A DNA stretch of 64,000 nucleotides, taken from assembly GCA_043799565.1 (NCBI GenBank), contig JAZDNP010000015.1, positions 12,557 through 76,556 on the forward strand, given 5' to 3'. The notes under the pieces are model-generated. The model saw nothing but the letters and a program-made list of their open reading frames with translations. It was not told where the DNA came from and searched no databases. Below, one piece after another: positions 17,539 to 27,948 of this stretch (positions within the stretch are counted from its first letter, which is position 1; each line of letters starts with the position of its first letter). A program made the translations under genes and the position numbers. Source of the DNA: Candidatus Brennerbacteria bacterium (lineage in GTDB: Bacteria; Patescibacteriota; Minisyncoccia; UBA6257; GWB1-50-10).

Positions 17539-19241
17539 AACAAGAGACGCGAGATTGTCAGAACTGTAAGCAACCGTTCGTCATCGAAGCGGAGGATTTC
17601 TCGTTCTACGAAAAAATGACGGTGCCGGCGCCCACATGGTGCCCCAAGTGCCGGCTCCAGCGGCGCCTCGCATTTTTCAATCTCTTCAATTTGTGGAAGC
17701 GGAAGTGCGACCTTTGCGGAAATGAGATGATTGCCATGTATCCACCGGAGGCATCTTACAAAGTGTACTGTCCCCATTGCTGGTGGGGAGACGGATGGGA
17801 CCCCTACAACTACGGTCGCGAGTACGATTTCTCGCGGCCATTCTTCGCGCAGTTCAGTGAGCTCTGGCACGAAGTTCCCCTCCTTGGGCTCTCGCTCAGC
17901 TTGAATTCCATTGATACGTCGCCCTACAACAACCACGCGGGAGGATTGAAAAATTGTTACCTCCTTTTCCACGCAGATTTTTGCGAGGATTCGGCATACG
18001 GAGCGTACCTCAACCGGTGCAAGTCCGTTTTTGATTCTTCGCTTACCATTTCTTCCGAGCACTGCTACGATATGCTCCATTCTTACCGGAACAACCGATG
18101 TGTCGGTGGGCGGAGCCAAGTCACCGAATCTATTGACTGCGCGTTCTTGAAGGACTCGATGAATTGCCAGCACTGCTTTGCGTCCGCGAACATGCGGAAC
18201 AAGAAATACTACATATTCAATCAGCCATATTCTAAAGAAGGGTACGAGGAGGAAATGAAGAAGTGGGACCTTGGGAGCTATCGCACATACCAGGAAGCGA
18301 AGCGGCGCGCCGAAGAGCATTTGGTAACATTGCCTCCGAAGCCGACAATGGATGAGTTCACAACGAACTGCACGGGGAGCCATGTGTTCCAAGCAAAAAA
18401 CTGCAAGGATTGTTTCGAAGTGGTGGGTGCCGAGGACTGTCGCTACGTCCATATGGTGCAGGACCCCCCAGTCAAGGACTGCTACGACGTTACAAGCTGG
18501 GGCAACAACACGCAGCGTTGCTATGAAGGCTGTGTGGTGGGGGAGTTCGTAAGCGACCTGAAATTTTGCCAGGAAAGCGGCATTAATCTCTACTTTGCGG
18601 AGTACTGCAAGCTTTCGACGGGAGGCTCGCGTCACTTCGGGTGTGTGTCGGTGAAGAAAGGCGAATACGCCATTTTGAACAAGCATTACTCCAAAGAAGA
18701 ATACAGGGCACTCACCGAGAAGATACGGAAGCATATGGATGAGATGCCGTATGTGGATAAAAGAGGAGGAGTCTATAAATACGGTGAATTTTTCCCGGTG
18801 GAGTTGTCACCGTTCGCATACAACAAAACGATTGCAGATATATTCTTCCCGCTCTCAAAACGGGAGGCAGAGGAGCGGGGATATGTATATATGGAGCCGG
18901 AGGTGCGGACCTACACCGTAACGAAACAAGCGAAGAACCTTCCGGATCATATCAAAGATGCGCCGAACGATATCGTAAAAGAGACCATCGCGTGCGAGAA
19001 ATGCGGGAAAGGATACAAGGTGACCGAGATGGAGCTTGCGTTCCTGCGGAACATGAACCTGCCGCTCCCGCGCCGGTGCCCCTTCTGCCGCATCCAGGAA
19101 AAATTCGCGCAGTGGGTGAAGAATCTCCGCGTCATTGACCGGACGTGCGGCAAATGCGGCGTTACATTCCAAACGAATTATCCCAAGGAGGAGGCGCCGC
19201 ACATTCTCTGCAAACGGTGTTATCTTAAAGAAATCGTATGA
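17535..19241 (+). CDS. Cys-rich zinc-ribbon repeat protein, array copy 3
   Basis: ATGA overlap and same architecture. Confidence 0.9.
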   Translation: MKQETRDCQNCKQPFVIEAEDFSFYEKMTVPAPTWCPKCRLQRRLAFFNLFNLWKRKCDLCGNEMIAMYPPEASYKVYCPHCWWGDGWDPYNYGREYDFSRPFFAQFSELWHEVPLLGLSLSLNSIDTSPYNNHAGGLKNCYLLFHADFCEDSAYGAYLNRCKSVFDSSLTISSEHCYDMLHSYRNNRCVGGRSQVTESIDCAFLKDSMNCQHCFASANMRNKKYYIFNQPYSKEGYEEEMKKWDLGSYRTYQEAKRRAEEHLVTLPPKPTMDEFTTNCTGSHVFQAKNCKDCFEVVGAEDCRYVHMVQDPPVKDCYDVTSWGNNTQRCYEGCVVGEFVSDLKFCQESGINLYFAEYCKLSTGGSRHFGCVSVKKGEYAILNKHYSKEEYRALTEKIRKHMDEMPYVDKRGGVYKYGEFFPVELSPFAYNKTIADIFFPLSKREAEERGYVYMEPEVRTYTVTKQAKNLPDHIKDAPNDIVKETIACEKCGKGYKVTEMELAFLRNMNLPLPRRCPFCRIQEKFAQWVKNLRVIDRTCGKCGVTFQTNYPKEEAPHILCKRCYLKEIV

Positions 19242-20893
19242 CGAGCGAAACTAAAATCTGCCAGAATTGTCATGGTTCCTTCACCATCGAACCGGACGAT
19301 TTTGGATTTTATCAAAGGTTGGACCTCCCCGCGCCTTTCCGTTGCCCGAAATGTGAGTGGCAATATCTCCTCGCGTTTTGGATTTTCGGTCGCTTCCGCA
19401 TCTCCGTATCAGCGTTGAGCGGAAAGCGTATTATTACCGCGCTTCCGGAAAGCGTACCCTTCCCAATTTACGAGCGCGATGAATTCGTTTCTGATGCGTG
19501 GGATCCGTTGTCGTATGGACGCGACCACGACCCTCGTCGACCTTTTCTCACACGGCTTCTTGAACTTCAAGCAAGTGTTCCTCATCCGCACCAAACCGGT
19601 ATCAAGAACGTGAATTGTGACTGGACCGATGACGTGTGGGAATCTCGGGACGCCTATCTTACACGTTCCGGACTGGGCATGGAATCCGTGAGCTACTGCT
19701 ATCGGGCATTCTACTGCAAGAATTCCATTGATCTTACTTATTGTTTCAATACCGAGCACTCTTACGACTGCCTTCATTGCTTCAATGGTTATGGCCTAAA
19801 GTACTCATTTAATTGCCGTGCCTGCATTAATAGCGCGTTTCTGTACGACTGTCGCAATTGCACGGATTGTTTCATGTGCTGGAATTTGCGGAACAAACAG
19901 TATCACATTCTCAATCAGCCATACTCGAAAGAAGATTACCTCGTCAAAATCAAGGAATTTGATGTTCGTTCGTATGCGGTTGTAGAGCAGTTGAGGAAAG
20001 AATTTTGGGAGCATATCCGCAACGATGCGACTCATCGTGCGGACTATAACTTTCTCAATTCCCGCTCAACCGGAAATTTTTTGACAGAGGACAAAAACTG
20101 TCACAAGTGCTACTTCCTCGATAAATCGGAAAATTGCCGTTATTGTTTCCGCGGGCTGGGGAGCAAGGACAATATCTATATTATGGGTTCTGTAGGAGAA
20201 AAATGTGGGCGTGGTTCCCTCGATCAATGGGGTTACGAGAATGTGTGCAATCTTTACACTTCATATTGTCGCTACAGCGCCTATTTGGATAATTGCGAGG
20301 AATGCGAACATTGTTTCGGCTGTGTCGGTCTTCGGAAGAGAAGTTATTGCGTTTTGAACAAGCAATATTCGAAAGAGCAATACGAGGAACTTGTTTTGCA
20401 TATTAAGTCGCAAATGAAGGCAACGAACGAATGGGGATTGTTTTTCCCGCTTGCCGGAGCTTACAGTGGGTACAATTATTCACTTGCCCATCTCATGTTC
20501 CCCAAGTTTCGCGAGGAGGCACTTGCCTTTGGCGCAAAGTGGGACGAACTACCGCACGACGGACATGTCGGAGTGCGAAGCGAAGATTTGCCAGACAGAA
20601 TCGACGGAGTTCAGGACGAACTTACCAAGCAGCGGATTATCTGCGCCGCAACGAAGCTGAGCTACAATATTGCGCCCCACGAGCTGCAATTCTATCGAGA
20701 ACACGGAGTTCCGCTGCCGCGCGAGCATTTCGACTGGCGGACCTTTAAACGCTTCAAACCGCTGGCGCTTATGGTAGATCTTCAAAGAGAGGAGTGTGTT
20801 TATTGTGGTAAGGAGATTGAACATTATTATTCTCCGGAGCTCGGCTTTCGGAAGGTCGCTTGCGTGGAATGCTACCAACAAAATTTCTCATGA
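19238..20893 (+). CDS. Cys-rich zinc-ribbon repeat protein, array copy 4 (divergent)
   Basis: ATGA overlap. Several CxxC knuckles are degenerate. Confidence 0.9.
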   Translation: MTSETKICQNCHGSFTIEPDDFGFYQRLDLPAPFRCPKCEWQYLLAFWIFGRFRISVSALSGKRIITALPESVPFPIYERDEFVSDAWDPLSYGRDHDPRRPFLTRLLELQASVPHPHQTGIKNVNCDWTDDVWESRDAYLTRSGLGMESVSYCYRAFYCKNSIDLTYCFNTEHSYDCLHCFNGYGLKYSFNCRACINSAFLYDCRNCTDCFMCWNLRNKQYHILNQPYSKEDYLVKIKEFDVRSYAVVEQLRKEFWEHIRNDATHRADYNFLNSRSTGNFLTEDKNCHKCYFLDKSENCRYCFRGLGSKDNIYIMGSVGEKCGRGSLDQWGYENVCNLYTSYCRYSAYLDNCEECEHCFGCVGLRKRSYCVLNKQYSKEQYEELVLHIKSQMKATNEWGLFFPLAGAYSGYNYSLAHLMFPKFREEALAFGAKWDELPHDGHVGVRSEDLPDRIDGVQDELTKQRIICAATKLSYNIAPHELQFYREHGVPLPREHFDWRTFKRFKPLALMVDLQREECVYCGKEIEHYYSPELGFRKVACVECYQQNFS

Positions 20894-22629
20894 CAGAAAC
20901 AAGGCAGTGCCAGAATTGTCGAAACCCATTTGTCATCGAGCCGGATGATTTTGCGTTCTACGAGCGCATCAAGGTGCCGCCGCCGACGTGGTGTCCGGAG
21001 TGCCGAATGATACGGCGGATGGCGTTTCGGAGCGAGCGCCCCCTTTTTAAAGATTTCTGCGACCTTTGCAGGAAAGAGATAATTTCCATGTACGGACCGG
21101 AAAAGCCGTATAAAGTGTACTGCAACGCATGCTGGTTTTCGGACAAATGGGACGGGACAGAATATGGACGCGAGTATGATTTTTCGCGCCCGTTTTTCGC
21201 GCAATTCGCCGGTCTCCTGGCGGAAGTGCCAAGGATGGCGCTGGAGGCCTACCAGAACGAAAATTCCCCCTATTCAAATTTCACATGGATGTCCAAAAAT
21301 ATTTATCTTTCGCCCTCCTCGATGTTTTCCGAGAATATTCTGTTCACTTTCGGAGCTTGGTACAGCACGGATCTTGTGGATTGTTTCCGCACCCAAAACT
21401 CTTCGCTTGGCTATTATCTGGTTGAGTCCAACAAGTGTTCGTCGTCGCGCTATTTAACAGATTCGCTCGAGTGTCTTGATTCCGCATTCCTCTTTGATTG
21501 CAGGAATTGTAGGAATTGCTTTATGAGTAGCGGACTTCGAAATAAAACGTTTTATTTCCGCAATACCCAGCTTACGAGAGAGGAATATGAGAAGAAATTT
21601 GCGGAAATCGACATGGGAAGTTTTACGTCCACGCAGAAGCTTATCGCTGAATTCAACGAGCTTATGCTCCACACGATGCGGAAGTATGCCATATTGAGCA
21701 AAGTTGAAAATGTAACAGGCGATATGATTTTCAATTCAAAGAACGTGCACCGGGGTTTTAATGGTAAAGATAGCGAAAATTTGAAGTTTGTGGCGCACTT
21801 TGTGGAAGCAAAGGACTCCATGGACGCGCATGGCGTGGGACCGTCTGGGGAACTCATCTACGAAGTGGTCAATGGTGGTTATAAAGACCAGTCGGTCTTT
21901 TTCGTCACCCATACCTATGAAGGGATGAATTTGGTGTGGTATTGCGATTACTGCCGATTGTCGGGGAAAAATCTTTTCGGGTGCGCAGGTCTAAAACACA
22001 AGCAATACTGCATCCTGAACAAGCAATACACAAAGGAGGAATACGAGGAGCTGGTGCCCAAGATCATCAAGCACATGAACGACATGCCGTATGTGGATGA
22101 GAAGGGGAGAGTATATCGGTATGGAGAGTTTTTCCCGCCAGAGTTGAGCCCCTCGGCATACAACGAAACCATCGCCCAAGAGTACTTCCCCCTCACAAAA
22201 GAACAGGCTCTCTCGCGAGGGTATCGCTGGAGAGACCCCGACACCAAGGAGTACAAGGTGACCAAGCCCCCCCAGGGCCTCCCCGATCACATCAAGGATG
22301 TGGACGACTCAATCCTTCAAGAGACCATTGGTTGCGCCCATGAAGGTTTCTGCACCCACCAGTGCACCACCGCCTTCAAGGTCATCCCCGAAGAGCTCGC
22401 CTTCTACCGCAGAATGAACCTCCCCCTCCCCAGGCTCTGTCCCAACTGCAGACACTATGAACGTCTCTCGGAGCGGAACCCTATGAAGCTTTGGCACCGC
22501 CAATGCATGTGTGATAAGCCAAACCATCCCCACCACGGTCGTTGCCCCAACGAATTTGAGACGAGTTATGCGCCCGAAAGGCCGGAGACGATATATTGTG
22601 AACAGTGTTATAACGCCGAAGTCGCATGA
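20890..22629 (+). CDS. Cys-rich zinc-ribbon repeat protein, array copy 5
   Basis: Starts MTETRQC at the ATGA overlap. Confidence 0.9.
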   Translation: MTETRQCQNCRNPFVIEPDDFAFYERIKVPPPTWCPECRMIRRMAFRSERPLFKDFCDLCRKEIISMYGPEKPYKVYCNACWFSDKWDGTEYGREYDFSRPFFAQFAGLLAEVPRMALEAYQNENSPYSNFTWMSKNIYLSPSSMFSENILFTFGAWYSTDLVDCFRTQNSSLGYYLVESNKCSSSRYLTDSLECLDSAFLFDCRNCRNCFMSSGLRNKTFYFRNTQLTREEYEKKFAEIDMGSFTSTQKLIAEFNELMLHTMRKYAILSKVENVTGDMIFNSKNVHRGFNGKDSENLKFVAHFVEAKDSMDAHGVGPSGELIYEVVNGGYKDQSVFFVTHTYEGMNLVWYCDYCRLSGKNLFGCAGLKHKQYCILNKQYTKEEYEELVPKIIKHMNDMPYVDEKGRVYRYGEFFPPELSPSAYNETIAQEYFPLTKEQALSRGYRWRDPDTKEYKVTKPPQGLPDHIKDVDDSILQETIGCAHEGFCTHQCTTAFKVIPEELAFYRRMNLPLPRLCPNCRHYERLSERNPMKLWHRQCMCDKPNHPHHGRCPNEFETSYAPERPETIYCEQCYNAEVA

Positions 22630-24392
22630 ACTCTGAAACCAAAACCTGCCAAAATTGCCACAGCCCGTTCATCATTGAACCGGATGATTTCGCGTTCTAC
22701 GAGCGCATCAAAGTGCCGCCACCGACATTTTGCGCGGAATGCCGCGAAAAGCGGCGTATCGCATCCAGGAACGAACGCTCGCTCTACAGAAGGAAGTGCG
22801 ATATGTGCGGGAAGGAAGTGGTATCGCGAATTTCGCCCGACAAAACTTATCCGATGTATTGCAATAATTGTTGGTGGTCGGATAAGTGGGATGTGCTTTC
22901 CTACGGAAGGGATTTTGACGCCACAAAACCATTTTTCGCGCAGTATAAGGAGTTGCTCTATTTGGTTCCTCACGTTGCGATGTACAACAGCGCAGTGGTG
23001 AACAGCGATTGGGTGAACCAGGAAACCAACGACAAAAACTGCTATCTCAATGTCGGTGGTCACTACAACGAGAATTCCGCATACAACACCTATGAGGTTT
23101 ACGGAAAGGATTCTTTGGACTGTCACTGGCTTCTCAATAGCGAGTTCTGCTACGCCGCCATCAATTGTCACCGGTGTTATAAAGCTTTTTATTCCCAAGA
23201 TTGTTTTGACTGCCAGGACACATATTTTTCATACGATTGCAGGAATTGCACGAACATTCTTGGGTGCGCGGGACTTCGCAACAAGCAGAACTATATATTT
23301 AACAAACCGGTTTCCAAGGAGGAATTCGCGAAATTTTTAGAGGAGAACCCTCTCTCGTCCGCAAAGAACGTTGCCCGATTGGCGGCAGAAGCTCGGAAGA
23401 TAGGGAGTGGCATACCGCGGCGATTCAGCGCGGTTTTCAAGTCGGTGAATTGCAGTGGAAATAATCTCGTGGAGTCTAAGAACGCACACTACGTTTTTGA
23501 TGGGGGAACCATTGAGAATTCCAAATACCTTTTTATCACCGGATGGGTGAAAGACAGCTACGATATGACCTCGAGCGGCGGTTCGGAGTTGAGCTATGAA
23601 TGTTCGAGTGGGGGCGGAGGGTATAACGTGAAGTTTACCGCATATAGCATGTCGCCGAACCCGCTCGAAAAGATGCATTCCCGCGATTTGGAATACTGCT
23701 ACGCCACGGGAGATTGCGATAGTTGTTTTGGGTGCGTGGGTCTCCGGAGTAAAAAATATTGCATTTTGAACAAGCAATATTCCGAAGCGGACTATCAAAA
23801 GAAAGTTGCGGAAATACGGCAGCAGATGATGGCGGTGCCCTATGCGGACGGGATGGGAAGAGAATATCGCTATGGCGAGTTTTTCCCGTCAGAGCTCTCG
23901 CTTTTCGGGTATAACGAAAGCGCGGCGATGGACTACTATCCACTCACGCGCGACGAGGCCCTTGCGCAAGGTTATGTATGGAGCGATTACGAATCGGAAA
24001 CGAGCGTGGCATTCTCGGGCTATGAAATCCCCGACGACATCAAAGACGTGAAGGACGATGTGCTGGAAAAGGTTTTGGAGTGCGAGGTTTCGGGGAAACC
24101 GTACAAGATAATTCCGATGGAGCTCGCATTCTACCGACGCATGGGTTTGCCGCTTCCGCGCCGTGCACCGCTCCAGCGGCACAAGGACCGCACCGCAAAA
24201 CTTTTGCCGCGCAAGCTTTTTGACCGTGCGTGCGAGTGTGGAGGAAAAGCGTCCAACAAGGGCGGTTTTGCAAATACCACTCCGCATTTTCACGGTGACG
24301 GACACTGCCCGAACATAGTACAGACACCCTATGCGCCGGATCGACCGGAAATTGTATATTGCGAGCAATGCTATCAAACTGAAATTATATGA
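22626..24392 (+). CDS. Cys-rich zinc-ribbon repeat protein, array copy 6
   Basis: ATGA overlap and same architecture. Confidence 0.9.
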   Translation: MNSETKTCQNCHSPFIIEPDDFAFYERIKVPPPTFCAECREKRRIASRNERSLYRRKCDMCGKEVVSRISPDKTYPMYCNNCWWSDKWDVLSYGRDFDATKPFFAQYKELLYLVPHVAMYNSAVVNSDWVNQETNDKNCYLNVGGHYNENSAYNTYEVYGKDSLDCHWLLNSEFCYAAINCHRCYKAFYSQDCFDCQDTYFSYDCRNCTNILGCAGLRNKQNYIFNKPVSKEEFAKFLEENPLSSAKNVARLAAEARKIGSGIPRRFSAVFKSVNCSGNNLVESKNAHYVFDGGTIENSKYLFITGWVKDSYDMTSSGGSELSYECSSGGGGYNVKFTAYSMSPNPLEKMHSRDLEYCYATGDCDSCFGCVGLRSKKYCILNKQYSEADYQKKVAEIRQQMMAVPYADGMGREYRYGEFFPSELSLFGYNESAAMDYYPLTRDEALAQGYVWSDYESETSVAFSGYEIPDDIKDVKDDVLEKVLECEVSGKPYKIIPMELAFYRRMGLPLPRRAPLQRHKDRTAKLLPRKLFDRACECGGKASNKGGFANTTPHFHGDGHCPNIVQTPYAPDRPEIVYCEQCYQTEII

Positions 24393-26155
24393 CCCCCGAA
24401 ACGCGGCAGTGTCAGAACTGCAAGCAGAATTTCGTCATTGAACCGGACGATTTTGCGTTCTACGAGAAAATGAAGGTTCCTGCGCCGACTTTCTGCCCGG
24501 ATTGCCGCCGACAAAGACGTTTCGCGTGGCGTAATGAACGTACGCTCTATAAACGCGCGTGCGACATGTGCCGCAAAGATGTGATCGCGCTTTACCCGAA
24601 GGACTCGAAATTTCCGGTCTACTGCAACGCGTGTTGGTTTTCGGACAAATGGGATCCGCTCACATACGGAGCCGCATACGACCCCTCAAAGCCGTTTTTC
24701 CGGCAATTCAAGGAATTAAGTGAAAAAGTTCCGCGGCTTGCCATTTGGGTACAACAGTCCACAGATTCGGAATACACCAACCAATCATATTCGAATAAAA
24801 ACGTATATCTTTCCTTCGCGCTTCGAGATTCGGAAGATGTGGCGTATTGTTGCCGCGCGGTGGAGCTCAAGCAGTGCATTGACGATACCTACACTCATCA
24901 TTCGGAGCTTCTATATCAATGTGTTGATACCGACAAATCGTACCGGAGCCAGTTTCTCGAAGAAGCCGATGGATGCGTGGAAAGCGCATTTCTTTCCAAC
25001 GCGCGAAACTGCCAGAACTGTTTCGGGGGAGCGAATCTTCGGTCCGCGTCCAACGTATTTTTTGGCGAGGCGCTCAGCAAAGAGGCGTACGAAGAAAAAT
25101 TGGCGGGCATAGACAAAGGAAGCAGGAAAGTGCTTGAAGAGCTGAAAAAGAAGCTTGCCGAGCTGAAAAAGCGGAGCATTTTCCGTTTTGCCACACTCAC
25201 GAATGCCACCAACGTGACCGGAAACCATCTTTCCAATGCGAAAAATTGCCATTTTGTTTTTGACGGGTTCGAGCTTGAAAATGCCCGCTATTCCTCATGG
25301 GTCTTTACGAGCAAGGAAATATCCGACTGCTACGGCATGGGCGGGAGCGAGTTCATCTACGAGGGGATTGGCGTGGAAGAGGTGAATAACATCAAATTCG
25401 CGACGGTGACCGACAGTTCACACCATGTGGAATATACCGACATGTGCTCCGCTTCATCCAATCTTTTCGGGTGTGTGGGCCTGAGAAACAAAGAGTATTA
25501 CATTCTGAATAAACCATACGCCAAAGAAGAATACGAGAAGAAAGTGGCGGAAATTATCGCCCACATGAATGCGTCACCCTACACAGACAAGAGGGGGAGG
25601 GTATACAGGTACGGGGAATTTTTCCCCGCGGAGCTTTCTCCCTTCGCATACAACGAAACGGTGGCGCAGGAAAACTATCCGTTGAAAAAAGAAGATGCGG
25701 AAGCGCAGGGGTACTTCTGGAGAGAGCCCGAGGCGCACCAATATGCAACAACGCTTACTGCGGAAAACGTGCCGGACAACATAAAGGAAGTTTCGGATTC
25801 AATAACCAACGAGACGATCCAGTGCGCTCATGAAGGCAAGTGTAATGACCAGTGTTCCACCGCGTTCCGCATCACCCCGCTTGAATTACGGCTCCATCGA
25901 GCGCTGAACATGCCATTGCCCCAACTTTGCCCCAACTGCCGGCATTATGAGCGGCTTGCCCAGCGGAATCCCTTGAAGCTTTGGCGCCGGAAATGCCAAT
26001 GTGCGGGCGGAAAGTCCGAGGATGGCGTTTATACGAATACCGCCGTGCATTCGCACAAAGATGGGCGTTGCATAAATGAATTTGAAACAAGCTACGCCCC
26101 CGAAAGGCCGGAGACGATATATTGCGAACAGTGTTATAACGCCGAAGTGATATGA
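24389..26155 (+). CDS. Cys-rich zinc-ribbon repeat protein, array copy 7
   Basis: ATGA overlap and same architecture. Confidence 0.9.
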   Translation: MTPETRQCQNCKQNFVIEPDDFAFYEKMKVPAPTFCPDCRRQRRFAWRNERTLYKRACDMCRKDVIALYPKDSKFPVYCNACWFSDKWDPLTYGAAYDPSKPFFRQFKELSEKVPRLAIWVQQSTDSEYTNQSYSNKNVYLSFALRDSEDVAYCCRAVELKQCIDDTYTHHSELLYQCVDTDKSYRSQFLEEADGCVESAFLSNARNCQNCFGGANLRSASNVFFGEALSKEAYEEKLAGIDKGSRKVLEELKKKLAELKKRSIFRFATLTNATNVTGNHLSNAKNCHFVFDGFELENARYSSWVFTSKEISDCYGMGGSEFIYEGIGVEEVNNIKFATVTDSSHHVEYTDMCSASSNLFGCVGLRNKEYYILNKPYAKEEYEKKVAEIIAHMNASPYTDKRGRVYRYGEFFPAELSPFAYNETVAQENYPLKKEDAEAQGYFWREPEAHQYATTLTAENVPDNIKEVSDSITNETIQCAHEGKCNDQCSTAFRITPLELRLHRALNMPLPQLCPNCRHYERLAQRNPLKLWRRKCQCAGGKSEDGVYTNTAVHSHKDGRCINEFETSYAPERPETIYCEQCYNAEVI

Positions 26156-27948
26156 CGAACGAGACAAAGACTTGCCAAAATTGTAAACAGAACTTCGTCA
26201 TTGAACCGGACGACTTTGCGTTCTACGAGAAAATGAAGGTTCCTGCGCCGACGTTCTGTCCCGATTGCCGTCGGCAGAGACGGATGGCCTTTCGGAACGA
26301 GCGAATATTCTACAAACGATCTTGCAATGTGCCTGGGCACACCGAGGAAATAGTATCCACATTTTCTCCAGACAAGTCCGTTACGGTTTATGACGACCGA
26401 TATTGGTGGAGCGATGCATGGAACCCTACGGACTATGGGCGACCGTATGATTTTTCGCGCCCGTTCTTCGAACAGTACAAAGAACTTTTGCGCCGAGTAC
26501 CGCTCATCAATCTTTCCATCACTAATATGGTAAATTGCAGTTATTGCAACGTGTCAGAAGGCGACAAAGATTCATTTTTCATCTCCGGCTCCGAGAGGAA
26601 TGAGAACGTGTCGTACGCGAACCGGGTAGTGTTCAGTAAGGATTCACAGGATCTCTATATCGCGAACGCGTGCGAATTGAGCTACGAGCTTGTAAGTTGC
26701 AACAAGTGTTACCGCGTCTTTTTCAGTAGAAACTGCAGTGATTGCTCGGAGTCGGCATTTTTATGGAACTGCACCAACTGTAGCCACTGTTTTGGATGCA
26801 CAAATCTTCGAAACAAGTCATATCACTTTTTCAATACGCCGCTCTCCAAGGAAGAATTCGAGAAAAAAATGCGCGAGGTGGGTCTTGGAAATTTTGCGGT
26901 GGTTGAGCAATATAGAAAGAAGCTTCGTGGACTCGCCGAGAAATCGCTCCACCGATTCGCGAACATCTTAAAAAGTGTGGAAGTAACCGGTGATAATATC
27001 GCCTTCTCTAAAAACATAAAACAGAGTTTTGACATGGTCGGGAATCCCGCTGCGGAAGACGGCAAGTATCTCACTTGGGGCGGTATGGGAGTGAAAGACG
27101 TATGGGATGCCGGGCCAGGGGTAGGTGTTTCGCTTGAGCGGGCATATGAGGTAACTGATGTCGGCATCCAATCAAACAGTTGTTTCTTTGCGAGTGTGGT
27201 ATACGGTTCCTATGACGTGTACTACAGCATCAACTGTCACGGGTCGCGCCACCTCTTCGGGTGTTACGGTCTTCGCAGCAAGGAGTACTGTATTTTGAAC
27301 AAAGAATATTCAAAAGAAGAGTACGAAGCCCTCGTGCCGAAGATCATTTCTCATATGAACGAGGTTCCCTACGCGGACAAGAAAGAGAGGATGTATCGGT
27401 ACGGCGAGTTTTTCCCGATGGAAATTTCTCCTTACGCCTATAACGAGGTTATTGCACAGGAATACTACCCACTCACAAAAGAACAAGCGCTCGCGAAGGG
27501 GTACGAGTGGAAAGACCAAGACGCGAAGGGGCACCAGATTACCATAGGGTCCGCGGACCTTCCGGACGATATTAAGGATGTTTCGGACAATATCCTGAAA
27601 GAGACGATAGGGTGTGCAGATGGAGGAATATGTAATCATCAGTGCGCGCTTGCGTTCAAAATAATGCCGCAGGAACTCACGTTCTATCAGAAAATGGGAT
27701 TGTCGCTTCCCCGTCACTGCTATAACTGCCGCCACTATGAGCGTTTGGCGCAGAGAAATCCCCTGAAACTGTGGCACCGGAAGTGCCAGTGCGCAGGGGG
27801 AAAAGCAGAGAACGGCACTTACGCAAATACCGTTTCCCATACGCACCACGGCACCGGCCACTGCACAAACGAATTTGAAACGACCTATGCTCCCGACCGC
27901 CCGGAAGTCGTGTATTGCGAGCAATGTTATCAGGCCGAAGTGGTATGA
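26152..27948 (+). CDS. Cys-rich zinc-ribbon repeat protein, array copy 8
   Basis: ATGA overlap and same architecture. Confidence 0.9.
   Translation: MTNETKTCQNCKQNFVIEPDDFAFYEKMKVPAPTFCPDCRRQRRMAFRNERIFYKRSCNVPGHTEEIVSTFSPDKSVTVYDDRYWWSDAWNPTDYGRPYDFSRPFFEQYKELLRRVPLINLSITNMVNCSYCNVSEGDKDSFFISGSERNENVSYANRVVFSKDSQDLYIANACELSYELVSCNKCYRVFFSRNCSDCSESAFLWNCTNCSHCFGCTNLRNKSYHFFNTPLSKEEFEKKMREVGLGNFAVVEQYRKKLRGLAEKSLHRFANILKSVEVTGDNIAFSKNIKQSFDMVGNPAAEDGKYLTWGGMGVKDVWDAGPGVGVSLERAYEVTDVGIQSNSCFFASVVYGSYDVYYSINCHGSRHLFGCYGLRSKEYCILNKEYSKEEYEALVPKIISHMNEVPYADKKERMYRYGEFFPMEISPYAYNEVIAQEYYPLTKEQALAKGYEWKDQDAKGHQITIGSADLPDDIKDVSDNILKETIGCADGGICNHQCALAFKIMPQELTFYQKMGLSLPRHCYNCRHYERLAQRNPLKLWHRKCQCAGGKAENGTYANTVSHTHHGTGHCTNEFETTYAPDRPEVVYCEQCYQAEVV

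Noticed and set aside
17517-18734. 405-aa antisense ORF (also 2901-3635, 8962-9828, 37906-38931, 44885-45808, 57568-58605)
   Set aside because: Shadows of well-supported sense genes, with no recognisable motifs.
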